Source: Hemiscyllium ocellatum (lineage: Eukaryota). From it: a stretch of DNA of 64,000 bases. The notes below the pieces were generated by a model. It saw only the letters and a list, made by a program, of their open reading frames with translations. It searched no databases and was not told where the DNA came from. How positions within the stretch are numbered: the first letter of the stretch is position 1; every line of letters begins with the position of its first letter. The translations under genes and the position numbers were made by a program. The DNA lies in the NCBI RefSeq assembly GCF_020745735.1, contig NC_083435.1, positions 28,519,231 to 28,583,230 on the forward strand, given 5' to 3'. Shown here piece by piece: positions 13,005 to 24,935 of this stretch.

Positions 13005-13240
13005 GAGAGCAGGGAATGGGGAAAGGAAAATCAGAGCAGGGAATAGGGAAGGGGTGGTATCAGAGGAGGGAGTGAGAAGGGAGTAATTAATGTACGGAGT
13101 GAGAAAAGGGGTAATTAGAGGAAGGAGTAGGGGAGGAGGTAATTAGAGCAGGAACTGGGAAAGCGAGTAGTCAGAGGAGGGAATGGGAAAGGGTTAATCA
13201 GAGAAGGGAGTGGGGAATGGGGTATTAGAGGACGGGGTGG
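13005..13240. repeat. About 29-bp purine-rich degenerate minisatellite
   Basis: Recurring (t/c)agag(c/g)aggga(a/g)tggggaa(a/g)gg units inside a polypurine tract spanning about 12740-13290. Confidence 0.7.
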
Positions 13241-13469
13241 ATTGTGGTAGAACTGAGTAGGAAGAGAGACGCAGAATAAGACGTTATTGAGGGGCGTGTT
13301 GATTCCAACTGCTGAACTGTGATACATACGGGGATAAGATTTCAGATTATCTTGTTAAACAGCAGTTTAATTATCCCCCTGAGATATTAATGAACAGACT
13401 ACACTAGCTGTGAGCTAGGATATGCAAATGTTTCTACAGAAGAGGCAAAGGACAGAGTGTGGTGAAGGG

Positions 13470-13680
13470 AATGGTGTGTGGTTTGTCTGTCTGTATGTGT
13501 GTTCATTTGTGTATCTGTGAGTCTGTGTGTGTGTATCTATGGGTGTGTGTGTGTGGGTGCATGTGTATATGGATGCATGTCTGTGTGTGTGTGCGTGTGT
13601 GGGGTGTGCTGGTATGTGCGTCTGTGTCTGCTTCTATGTGTGTGGTATGTGTCTGTGTGTGTTGGTGGGACGGTGGGGGA
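13470..13680. repeat. Degenerate (TG)n low-complexity tract
   Basis: Direct reading; explains four spurious Cys/Val or His/Thr ORFs. Confidence 0.9.
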
Positions 13681-14242
13681 GGTGATAGTGAGCGATGGTG
13701 TGAAGGAGAGAGGAAAGGTAGAAGGATACAGGGGATTTTCTTTTGTTTCTTCAATGCCTTCAGCAAAGAAACAAAGTCGACAAAGACACAAAGCCCACGG
13801 GTGCTGTTTAATCTGCTCACTGTTTGAAGAATGAACGATGCATGAATTTTCCATGAGTTGTCCCACATATAACCTTGAAAATTGCTGCCATTTAAGGGGA
13901 GTCATTTCCTAACAGAACTCAATCATTATAAAAATGAAGATGGAGAAATGAAAAGGTAGAGAAAATGCATAAAAAGAATAGAGATTGGTCATTATGCAAG
14001 GGTCGGTGGAAAGGGATCTTAAACCATTATCGTTTCACAATGGTTTAAAAATCCAATTAACACCGGGGAAATTTTCCATTGTTTATTATAATTGGAAGTA
14101 ATAGCAACTCCCAATGTGATTTTGCTCCTTGACATTGCTGATTCTGGGGAGAGACTTTGTGTGAATGTCATGATTCTATGGCTGGGTTAATATTCCGAAG
14201 ACATAGAGACAAACTCGGTTAGCGACAAGAAAAAAACCCTGT

Positions 14243-14335
14243 TCTGAAGGCCCAGATCCAGTCCCGAAACATTGACATTTCTACCTTCTGATGGTTGCCT
14301 TGCTTGCTGTGTTCTTCCAGCCTCCTGCCTGTCTA
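14243..14335 (+). mobile_element. PLE terminal-repeat remnant
   Basis: ctgaagg...cccgaaacattgac...tgcttgctgtgttcttccagcctcc resembles the PLE terminal repeat with a decayed hammerhead. Confidence 0.5.
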
Positions 14336-14699
14336 TTTAATATTCCAGAAAGCGTGAACTCAACTCCTACAGGATATTTCAGCATTAGGAATTCGGGTTA
14401 AGAAGTATGAAACAAAATCCATAAAAATGACCATGAATCTGTCCATTGTTGTGCAAACGTTTTCAGAAAGGTAAGTCATGAACTGAAAGGAATTAAATTT
14501 AAATATTTCAACTCAATCTCTCCTTCACATTCTCTGCTCTACAACGGCTCACCACATTCGAAATGCACTGCAAGTCTCGCTGTAATTAAGGGGAAATTAC
14601 ATACAATAACTATAGGGCCCGCAGAAAAGTAGAAAGAGATAATTTCACTAGAAAGCAATCTGAAACCCTGGGCTGGTGTTCTGGGAATTCTACCCCATA

Positions 14700-14965
14700 G
14701 AAAATTTGAATTCCAGAAAAAAAATCTGGAATGAAGGCTAGCCTAATGGTGACTAGGTAACCACTGTTCATTCCTGTAAAATCCCTTCTGCCTCACTGAT
14801 CTCCTCCAGGGAAGGAAATCTGCCTTCCTTACCTAGTGTGGCCTACATGTGACTCCAGACTCACACCAATGTGGTTGACTCTCAGCTGCCTCTGGACAAT
14901 TAGGCACAAGCAATAAATAATAGCCTATCCAGTGATGTCCACATCCCATGAACAGAAAAAGAAAA
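14700..14965 (+). mobile_element. Second tRNA-derived SINE family (unnamed); further copy with head at 27165-27410
   Basis: Shared text agg(g)aaggaaa(t)ctgcc...cttacc...gtgactc; the 27.2-kb copy carries the B-box ggttcaaatc. Confidence 0.65.
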
Positions 14966-15719
14966 ACAAATCAGACAGTGCATGTGGAAAATAATTGGCA
15001 GAATAATCAAGAGTTTTACATAATGAGTTACAATCTGAAATGAGCTGTGGCAAAGGTCACTGATATCAAATTCAAGAATAACATTTAAAAAGTAGAAAAC
15101 AAATCAAACTGAAGTTTTCTTCTAGCCCACTCACCATCCAGACTTAGCAATATATTACAGTTCCTTCAGTGTCTCTGGGTCAAACTATGGAACATTTTCC
15201 CCAATAGCATTGTCAGGGTGACTAACACCAAATGAACTGCAGACATTCATGGAGGCAACTCACCAACATTTTCACAAGAGCAGCTAGGGATGGATGATAA
15301 ATGTTGGCCCAGACAATCATGCCTGCATGCCATGAAGGAGTAAATAAACAGAATGTCTCCGGACACCCACAAAGATGCTCTCAGCATGCAGCGCAAAATG
15401 AGCATGTGCAGTCGCCCTGCCAGCACAGTCAGTGACATCACTCCATCCTGTTCACTGATATAGATTGTACTCATGTGGACGCTGCCATGTTTTAGACTGG
15501 TAAGTCATTTCACAAACATTGCATAAGCATTATGAAACCTTTAGGGTGGGAGTCAGGAGACACAACCATTCATACAAGAACTCATTCACCAGCTAACTTT
15601 TGCTCGCCACTTGATACGAATGAGCCAGTTTAATTGATATTTAACTGGCCCAATGATTCATTAGCTATGGATGTATACACATCAATTGCTCCTATAATTA
15701 AGAGCTAGGATGACAATAG

Positions 15720-16095
15720 AATTACTACAGAGTGGAAGCAGGCCATTTGGCCCTTTAAGTCTAGACCACCTGTCCAAATACAATCCAACCAAGACCTAAC
15801 CATGCCCCCCCACCCGTCCAATCCTTGTAACCCATATTTCCAATGGATAGTTCTCCTAGCCCGCACAACTCTGGACAGTATAGGCAATCTACCATGTCCA
15901 ATCCACTTAACCTGCACATCTTTGGACTGTGGAAAGAAAATGAAGCTACCCACACAGACACAGGGATAATGTACAAATTCCACAGAGACAGTCAGCTGAA
16001 GCTGGAATTGAACCCAGGTCACTGGTGCTGTGAGAAAGTGAGGACTGCAAATGCTGGAGTTCATGCTGTGAGGCAACAGTACTGACCACTGAGCC
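15720..16095 (-). mobile_element. HE1-like V-SINE containing a 29-bp PLE-tip insertion
   Basis: SINE head/V-domain/tail; insert 16035-16063 flanked by tgctgtgag at 16026-16034 and 16064-16072. Confidence 0.85.
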
Positions 16096-17013
16096 ATTCT
16101 AGTGATAGCAACTTAAGGAGGCAAGTAATAAGGGGTTAATTTTCTGCCCAGTTTAATGCTCTGTCAGATGTTTCTTTTCACACACTGTGCTCTTTTTGAG
16201 AGTCTGTGTTATCGCTGAGTGCTGCACTAAATTTGATGGCTTTTGGGACCATGTGGCTTAAGACAATTAGAAATGAATTAGTCTGAGGAACAGCTCACTA
16301 TTAGTAAAATATGGTCAGGAAGCAGAACTGAGCATCAAAGGGAGAGAGAGAGTGGAGACGATGAATTATGTGTTGTTAGGGAGTTGGGTTCTAATTGAGC
16401 GGTAGAGACTGAAATCTTGAAAGAACAGACTTTGAGGAAATGTTAACATGTTCTTTGCTGTTCTGTTAAGCAGAAGCTTTCAATAGATTATTGAAGGTCA
16501 GCTAAGGTTAGATTAAAGCAATTCAGTAACACCCACTGTCTCTGAGCTGTGATATATCGGCTGGTAAAAACCAGGCTGTTTCATTTCAGTGGAGGGACGG
16601 TTACAACAGATGAGATTGTGAGCAGAAATAAAGTGAGCAGATTTAATTGTCTATCTGACAGCAGCTGCTTCACTGTGTTGCTGTTTTTTTTAGGTGAGAC
16701 ACACTGCAAGTTGGCAAGGATCCTCGAAGCTCATTCTGGAAGAATGAGGAAAGCAGGAACATGGGGAAAATACTGGACAGAGTCTTCCCAGCCCATCAAT
16801 GTCATGGGGACAAGGGGAGTCAGTTGGGAAATCAGGGTGAGATTTGCAGCAATGGCAAGAGACAAATTTGAATTGATTTCTGTGCAATGGCCTGCTATTA
16901 GTACCTAACTGTGCCTCATAAATTTGTTGCGTCCTGTTCTCCCAACTACCAGATAGAAGCCAGAAGGTGACAATTCCTGGCATGAAAGTCAGAGCCAGGA
17001 TACCTGGTGACTT

Positions 17014-17362
17014 GGGACAGCACAGTGGCTTAGTAGTAAGCACTGTTGCCTCACAGTACCAGACACCTGAATTTGAATACAGCTTTGTGTGACTGTCTGC
17101 ATGGAGTTTTCATGTTCTCTTCGTGTCTGTGTGGGTTTCCTGCGGATGCTCCAGTTTCCTCACACAATCTAAGGATGTGTAGTTTGGTGGATTGTCAGTG
17201 TTAAATTGCCTCATAGTGCCCAGGGATGTGAAGGCTAGCTGAGTTAACCATGGTGAATCAGAGATGGGGTTAGAAGGGGTGCATCTGGGTAGGATACTTT
17301 TGAGGTTCAGTGCAGACTTGATGGGCTGAATGACCACTATCGACACTGTGGGCTCTCTATAC
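17014..17362 (+). mobile_element. HE1-like V-SINE
   Basis: gggacagcacagtggcttagtagtaagcactgttgcctcacagt head, V-domain, tail. Confidence 0.85.
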
Positions 17363-18359
17363 CTTCAGATCACCTTTTGCTTCTTGGGCCTCCATTTCCA
17401 TCATTTTCGATGGTCAGCGACAGCCCATATAAAACCCTTTACTCCTGTTTAAGCACATTGGCAGAAGACAGGCACCAGCCTCATTGCACTGTCCTGATAA
17501 CAGTCTGCTGCACTTTGGAGCCCTCTAGCCCTTCTCAATACCATTACTGTCAGGGCATTATACACACAGTGTCAAACACCCAACTTATGGATTCCACCAG
17601 ATACTTGCCTTGTCAAGATTCAATCAGTTTGCAGCTACTTTGACTCTCCCATCATCTCTGCCATGCCTTGCCTTTTATGAGTTTTGGCCTGTCCAATAGA
17701 GCTCAAGGGCTCACAGTACTTTTCCTTTGCCTTGCCATTTGCAAAGTACGCAAAGGTGGTCTTGGTTGTCAGCAGTGACCATCAAAGTGGTGCATTTGTC
17801 ACTACATGGCTTGGTGTAATGTCAACCTCACACAAACAGCATGTGTCAGCGACAGAAGCAGCAAACGCACTGTATGTGCTTCAGCCAAATGGTCAGGTAT
17901 CACGTTCTGCCTGGAGTTGCCCTCTGGCAAGCTAGGGGTGACACAACCTCTGTCGTGGGACTTTGGTGCAGCAATTAAAGGCAGCTTCCAAAATCAGTCT
18001 GGGCACTCGCACACTATCGGCCAGCTGCGTGGGATATCCAGGCCCAGACTGTCAGTGTCACTACAGTCTGGGCAGTGGGTCCCAGTCAGTGCTGCAGGTC
18101 AAGAGGAACTAGGCCTGGGACACATGGTCAGAGCGCTATCGCTCAGACATCCTGTCCTCCCAGCAGTCATGTCTGTCTGTCCAAGTCAAACAGAAGGGTG
18201 GGAGGCAGCAGCAGGTCATTATGGTCAGCTCCATAAAAGTCAATGGGGTGGTTGTTGTGACCACTGCTTTGTTCAGGAATTTGGGACAGGCAATTATCCT
18301 CATTGGAGGCAGCATACTAGGATGGACAGTTGATAATAATCGTGAAGAGGAGTCCTCAA

Positions 18360-18620
18360 CATATGGGGAGTGGTATTGACAGCAAATTGGAAGAGCATTC
18401 CATCACCACCCCCCTCCCTATCCTGCCATTCTCACAGCTAATTCACCTAACCTGTAGATCTTTGGACTGTGGGAGGAAACTGGAGCATCTAGAGGAAGTA
18501 CATTCAGACACAGGGAGAAAGTGCACATGCCACACAAGCAGGCACCCAAGGGTGGGATCAAACCCAGTACCCTGGTGCTGTAAGACAGCAGTGCTAAACA
18601 CTGAGCCACTATGCTGCCAC
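18360..18620 (-). mobile_element. HE1-like V-SINE
   Basis: V-domain and head in reverse complement. Confidence 0.85.
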
Positions 18621-18687
18621 TGAGCTATGCTGTCCTAATTGCACCTACAAGTGGCAATTATACTTGTGAAATACTTTCAGAGTAGAG

Positions 18688-18872
18688 ACAAAATGGAAAG
18701 TGCTATAGAAACTCTTGTTTTGATGGCATGTGTGTAGAGAGAAACAGAGTTAATGTTTCAAGTCCAATAATGACACTTCTTTGGAGTCTTCAGTTGTTCT
18801 TTTCTCAGATGCCAAGTTTCTGCAGCACTTTGAATTTTTATTTCAGATGTGTAATATTCGCGGCGTTTTGCT
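18688..18872. mobile_element. Decayed fold-back of a second PLE-type terminal repeat family
   Basis: aagtgctatagaaactc...gagagaaacagagttaatgtttc followed by inverted agtttctgcagcactttgaattttatttcagat. Confidence 0.5.
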
Positions 18873-19149
18873 TATACTTTCAGAGCACAAGTTAAAGCAA
18901 AGTACAATCATTGTATCCTGCATGTTGAATACATGCAGCGTTCAACAGTATGGGAAAGAAATCCTGGTCACAAGCAATCTTCGCTGCATCATTCATCATT
19001 GCAGATTGAAGAGAGTCATCTCTGTGAAGCAGAAGTAATCACGGTGACCTTAAAAGTGGTATCTGTGGGCCATAATTCACAGGCAATCCAAGAACTCATA
19101 GAGTGCACAAGGGAACAGAGCTCGTTTCCTCTCAATTTAAAATGTTAAA

Positions 19150-19400
19150 TATTTACCAAGATGATCTTATACCAAACATGGGCTTTCCTGGGCGATAGGG
19201 CGGCAAGGTCTCAATAACTATACAGAACCTACATTCTTATCCTGTAATTGCACAGCATGGTTTAGGATGGAGTTATCGGAAAAAAGTCAACATTGCGTTA
19301 AGGCATTTCATGGCCCTCCCTGTCAGATCCGTTCAGACAGTGTCTGCTGCATAATGTTAGCATGCTATGCTCTGCACAACTTGAGAGGGGATCTGAGGAG
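19150..19400 (+). mobile_element. PIF/Harbinger transposase remnant
   Basis: AFLGDRA (cf. LLGDxGY) followed by QIRSDSVCCIMLACYALHNL (cf. Harbinger ...IIVACCVLHN); frame broken. Confidence 0.45.
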
Positions 19401-19689
19401 CTGGGAGACTAGCAGCAGTCTTCAGAGGAGTAATATTGGGCGGGATGAACATTCCCTTCAACATGACAGAGCAAAAATGCATCAAATATAACAAGATGGA
19501 CAGGACTTAATTGCCGTCTGTGTCCAATGGAGATTAGCAGCGTGCAGTGATTATTTATTGACTGTAAATTTGTTGCTATTCAGAAGGCATGTAGTCGCTG
19601 TCAATTTGCGTTGTGTTCATTTTCGCTGTTGCTGAACATAAGTAATGGTTTTCAATTATTTAAATGTTTTCAAGTTTCTGATGGTCTCA

Positions 19690-20630
19690 TATTGAACAAT
19701 AAAAAATGTGTATATGTGCACAGATCATTGAAGGTGGCAGGGCAGGTGGAGAGTGCAGTGAACAAACTGTGCAGTGTTCTCAGCTTTATTAATAGGGCCG
19801 TAGATTACAAGAGCAAGGAGCTGATATTGAGCATGCACAATACAATTATGAGACCTCAGGTGAGAACTGTGTGCAGTTCTGAGTGACACTTTATAGGAAA
19901 GATGTGAGTGAATTGCAGAAAGAGCAGAAAAGATTTACAAGTATAGTTCCAGGGAAGATGAACAGATTTAAGAAGTGGGGTTTGCTTTTCTAGGAGAAAA
20001 GAAGGTTGAGAGAAGATGATTAGATTCCCTATAGTGTGGAAACAGCCCACCAAGTTTACACCAACCCTTCCGAAGAGCAACCCACCTCCCTCTGACTAAT
20101 GCACCTAACAGTATTGACAATTTAGCATGGCTAATCCACCTGATCTGCACATCTTTGGATTGTGGGAGGAAACACATGCAGAAATAGGGAGAATGTACAA
20201 GCTCCACACAGACAGGTACCCAAGGCTAAAATCGAACCCAGGTCGCTGTTGCTGTGAGGCTGCAGTACTAGCCATTGAGCCACCATGCTGCCCTTGGACA
20301 TGATGTTCAAAATTGTGAGCAGATTGGACATAGCAGATGGGGAGAAGTTGTTCCCGAGAGGCAATAGATTTAAAGTAACAGGGAAGTAAATAAAGAATGA
20401 TGTAAGTGAAAAAAAAACTTCATCATGGCAAATAGTTAAGGTATGGAATGAATTGCCTGGAAGTGTGGTGGAGGCAGGATCATTTGAGGAATTTAAGAGT
20501 GTATTGGGTGATTATTTCGATAGCAATGGTATAAAGGGATACAGCAAAAATGCTGGATGTTGGCACTGGGTAATAGAACTCACATAATGGGCCAAATGGT
20601 CTCTTGCTGCACTATTACAATTCTGTGCTT
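19690..20630 (+). mobile_element. CR1 LINE 3' fragment interrupted by an HE1 SINE (about 20012-20293, minus)
   Basis: YVHRSLKVAGQVESAVNK...FINRAVDYKSKE; CR1 text resumes after the SINE and ends in the tail gggccaaatggtctcttgct. Confidence 0.85.
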
Positions 20631-20759
20631 CTGAGAATAGCACAGCTAAACTCACTAGACTCACAGAGAGAAACCCACCTCCATAAAACTCATCAAAATT
20701 GTCATTTTGCTGATTTCTTGTTAAATTCAATCACAAGAAATCTAAAATAGTTTGCATCC

Positions 20760-21360
20760 AACAAGTTTTTTTTACTTGAATCTCCCACTAACGTAACATG
20801 ATTAGGGCAACATAATCTGTGTATCATTTTTGTGGGATAAATATTGCTGAGGAAATTGGTTAAAATATTCTGATTTTCTTCTAAATAATGCCATAAGGTA
20901 TCTGTTAAATTCACTTGCAAATGCACAACATCGTCAGGAAGATGGCACTTACACTTGTACAGTACTCCCACGCCAAATCTCTTCTCAAAGTAGAGCACTC
21001 AGTACTACACTCCTGCAGATGTGGCTATCCATTAGTACGACACTTTCAACAGTGCTGCATTCTGTCAACACTGTCTTGGAGACAGTGCCACACTCTCTCA
21101 GTATTGACCCCTAACAATGCATCAGTACTGAGCCTCTGACTGTGCAGCAAACTCTCAGTACTGACCCTCTGACAGCGTAACACTCCCTCAGTACTGACAC
21201 TCTGACAGTGTGGCACTCCCTCAGTAATGACCCTCTGATAGTGTGGCACTCCCTCAGTACTGACTCTCTGACAGTGCGGCACTCCCTCAGTACTGACTCC
21301 TGACAGTGCGTTACTCCCTCAGTACTGACCCTCTGACAATGCAGTATTTCTTCAGTGTAA
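20760..21360 (-). mobile_element. DeuSINE-like element with an internal 33-bp tandem expansion
   Basis: gataaatattg and gatggcac segments as in the 8.6-kb copy, then about 8-10 units of cagtactgaccctctgacagtgcggcactccct. Confidence 0.6.
21040..21355. repeat. 33-bp minisatellite
   Basis: Produces 11-aa periodic ORFs (CQRVSTEGVxH). Confidence 0.9.
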
Positions 21361-21719
21361 AATACACTTGCAGACATGCTTAAATATCATCTACAGTTCT
21401 GGATTCAACAAAGTCATAAATCCTCTCCTGAATATGACCTGCTTTCCTGAAACTTTTGTGAATCTCAATCATAAATATTAACCCTATATTAAAATATTGC
21501 CTCTTTCACTGCTTTGTAATGCTGTTGATGTTGGAATTAGACTGCAGTTTGATTGTGACCCTTGGTAGCTTTAACTCTTTGAGTGGGGACAAAGCTCTGA
21601 GATTGTCACACTGTGTCTACTTTTACCATGTGTCCTAATGTCAATCAGCCTTTACTTTCAAGTTGATCTCCAGGATAGCCGTACCAATCTGACTGAAAAA
21701 TAACTTCTTCAAACTGTGA

Positions 21720-22020
21720 ATCACAGATTGCCTACAGTGTGGAAGCAGGCCATACAGCTCATTGAGTTCACACCGACCCTCTGAAGACTATCCCACCCAG
21801 ACACATCCCCCATTCTATCCCTTTAACCCTGCATTTCCCATGAACAATCTACCTAAATTGCATATCTTTGGACTGTGGCAGGAAACCGGAGCACCCAGAG
21901 GGAATCCACGCAGGTAGGTTGTGTAAACTCCACACAGCCAGTCACCTGAGGGTGGAATCGAACCTGGGTCCCTGGTAACTTGAAGCAGCAGTGCTAATCA
22001 CAGAGCCACCGTGCCAAACC
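21720..22020 (-). mobile_element. HE1-like V-SINE
   Basis: ggcacggtggctctgtgattagcactgctgc head on minus, V-domain, tail. Confidence 0.9.
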
Positions 22021-22129
22021 CATGCTTTGTGAGATTCTTTACAATTTGACATTCTGTCAGCTCCTTCTCCCTCCTGGTGTAACAGTAACTCAGAACAATG
22101 AGTCTTATTGCAAGAGGAAAATAATACAA

Positions 22130-23470
22130 GTTACAGAGTCATAATGACAGAGAGGTATATAACACGGAAATATACCCCTCAATCCAACAAGATATCCTAA
22201 ACTGATTTAATCCCATTTGCCAGCATTTGGCCCATATTCCATGAAATATTTCTGAATTATGTACCCATTTAAAGATGCCTTTCAAAGGTGTTAAATGTAC
22301 CAGCATCCACCACTTCCTCTCTCATGCTCAGTTTGAATAAGTTGTCCTTTTTAAATCTTTCTCCTCTCACCTTAAAACTTTGTCCACCTGTTTCAGACTC
22401 CCCTACCTGAGGAAAAAGAACTTGGCTATTCACCATGTTCATGCCGCTCATGATATTATAAACCTCTATAAGGTCACCCCTCAGCCACTGACATTCCAGG
22501 GAAAAGAAAGCCCCAATCAATTCAGCCTCCCCATATTTCAAACCCTTCAATTCTGGCAACATCCTTGTAAATAGTAATGAGACCAGAATTGAAGGCTATA
22601 TTTTAAAAGTGGCCTCGCCAATGTCCTGCACAACTGCACCATGACCTCTCAACTCCTATACTCAATGCACTGGCCAATAAATGCAAGCCTGTCAAATACT
22701 TTCTTCACCACTCTGTTTACCCGCAACTCGACGATGCACTACACCCTTGGGTCTCTTTGTTCGGCAACATTCCCAGGGCCCGGCTATTAAGCTGACAAGC
22801 TCTGCTCTAATTTGCTTTTGCAAAATGCAAAACTTCACATATATCTAAATTAAATTGCATTGTCCCATTTGCTCATCCGATCAGGGTCCTGATGTACTTG
22901 GACATAATTTTCACTGTCCATGGCACCAATTTTAGTGCAAACTTTGGAATTATACCTCCAATATTCACAATCAAATCATTTGTATAAATGATGAAAAGCA
23001 GTGGATCCTGAACTGATCCTTGTGGGCAGCATGGTGGCACAGTGGTTAGCACTGCTGCCTCACAGCGCTAGAGACCCGGGTTCAATTCCTGACTCAGGCG
23101 ACTGACTGTGTGGAGTTTGCACGTTCTCCCTGTGTCTGCGTGGGTTTCCTCTGGGTGCTCTGGTTTCCTCCCACAGTCCAAAGATGTGCAGGTCAGATGG
23201 ATTGGCCATGCTAAATTGTCCATAGTGTTAAGTAAAGGGGTAAACGTAGGGGAATGGGTGGGTTGCGCCCCGAGGGGTCAGTGTGGACTTGTTGACCAAA
23301 GGATCTGTTTCCACACTGTAAGTAATCTAATCTAAAACTCTGGTCACAGGCCTCCAGTCTGAAAAGCAATCCTCTACCACTACCTTTGAGCTAATATTGT
23401 ACCCAATTTGTTAGCTCCCCTGGATTTCATGTGAGCTAACCTTGCTAACCATCTACTTTGAGGAACTTTG
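22130..23470 (-). mobile_element. CR1 LINE RT fragment, interrupted by the SINE at 23024-23336
   Basis: LRGDLIEVYNIMSG and FSKLFDKVPQ frames; gatccttgtg|...|aactctggtcacaggcctcc rejoin across the SINE. Confidence 0.9.
23024..23336 (+). mobile_element. Young full-length HE1-like V-SINE
   Basis: gggcagcatggtggcacagtggttagcactgctgcctcacagcgctagagacccgggttcaattcc head (A/B boxes), intact V-domain, tail ctgtttccacactgtaagtaatctaatctaa. Confidence 0.95.
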
Positions 23471-23614
23471 TCGAACAGCTTGCTGAAGTTATGGTAGGTA
23501 GGCATAGATATAGTGTTATTTTTATTAGACTGGAAATTGAGAACCCCCTTCACCAAAATTTGGGGATTTGGGCTCCAATCCCAACATGGCAGATGGTGCA
23601 ATGTGAACAAAAGA

Positions 23615-24150
23615 ACAAAAGAAACAAAAGAACAAAAGAGAAGTACGGCACAGAAACAGGTCCTTCGGCCCTCCATGTCTGTGCTGATCATCATGCCCTA
23701 ACTAAACTAAAAAAGCAAATCTTCTGCCTTTATATGGCTTGTGTTCCTCTATTCCCCATTTATGTAACCATCCAGATGCCTCTTAAATGTTGCCAATGTG
23801 CCTACTTCCACCAACCTTTCTGGCAGTGTGTTCCAGGCTCCTACCATTCTCCGTGTGAAAAACTTCCCTCGCATATCTCCCTTAAATCTTCTCCCTCTCG
23901 CCCTGAACCTCCTCCTCCTTATAATTGAAACATAAACCCTGGAAAAGAGCCTCTGCCAACTATCTTATCTATGCCTTTCATAACTTTGTAGACCTCTATC
24001 AGCTCTCTTCAGCCACCGTCTTTCCAGTGAAAACAATCATAGTCTTTTTAACTTTTCCTCATAGCCAATATCGACAAGACTATGCAATATCCTGGTGAAC
24101 CTTCTCTGCCTCTCTCCAAAGCTTTCACGCCTTTCTCGAAGTGTGGCAAC
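23615..24150 (-). mobile_element. CR1 LINE 3' fragment
   Basis: (aagaacaa)n tail, then ggcacagaaacaggtccttcggccc and reverse complement of the ORF2 end. Confidence 0.85.
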
Positions 24151-24594
24151 CAAATCTGCACACAATTGTCTGATAAAAATCTGCAGTTGAAACAGTGGGC
24201 ATAATGGTGACTGTGAGTGATAGAATGATACTTCTCACCTTGTGCAAAAGAATAGAATGAGGGGTCATACCTTTAAAAATATGGGCCTTCCATTTAAGAT
24301 GGAAATGATAAGAAATGTTTATCTCTGAGAGAAGTATGAATCTTCGGGAAGCTCTTTGCTAGAGAAGAGGGCAGTACAGTGGCTCAGTGGTTAACACTGC
24401 TGCCTCACAATGCCAGGGACATATGTCGAGTGATTGTCCATGTAGAATGTGCACATTCTCTAACTCTGTCCTCTTGTTCCGTCTGCCCCTTTTTGTTTCT
24501 CCCCATCACTGCTGGCTCTGCGCTGCAGCTATGAAATGCACTGTTGAATTTCCCCCGTGAATGACACTCTGTCTCGCATTTAACATGCACCTTT

Positions 24595-24935
24595 AGGGGT
24601 GACATGGTGGTTCAGTGGTTAGCGCTGCTGCCTCACTGCACCAGGGACTGTGTTTGATTCCAGCCTCGGGCGACTGTCAGTGTGGACTTTGCACATTCTC
24701 CCCGTGTCTGTGTGGGTTTCCATGGGGTGTTGCAGCTTCCTCCCACAGTTCAAAGATGAGCAGGGTAGATGGATTGGCCCGCTAAATTGTGCTTAATTTT
24801 CAGGAATGAGTAGGTTAGGTGGGCAAGCCATGGCTGATGCATGGCTACAGAGACAGGAATGCTCTTTGGAGGATCAGTGCAGACTCAATAAGCTGAATGG
24901 TCTCTATCTGCACTGTGGGAATTATACGTTGGAAT
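24595..24935 (+). mobile_element. HE1-like V-SINE (partial second head at 24368-24460)
   Basis: ggggtgacatggtggttcagtggttagcgctgctgcctcac head and V-domain. Confidence 0.85.

Noticed and set aside
13330-13430. GATA-like sites and an ATGCAAAT octamer
   Set aside because: Short motifs expected by chance in 64 kb of AT-rich DNA; no adjacent gene start found
13459-13905. Four overlapping 118-122 aa Cys/Val- or His/Thr-rich ORFs
   Set aside because: Artefacts of a degenerate TG repeat
16160-16610. Possible solo LTR ending ggttacaaca
   Set aside because: Could not fix a 5' TG boundary with a matching TSD
10923-21355. Regularly spaced repeats (56-bp and 33-bp units) considered as CRISPR-like arrays
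   Set aside because: Units are head-to-tail with no unique spacers, in a vertebrate context without cas genes
23024-23090. tRNA-like sequence with A and B boxes (also at other SINE heads)
   Set aside because: It continues directly into the V-domain and LINE-like tail; this is a SINE head, not a tRNA gene
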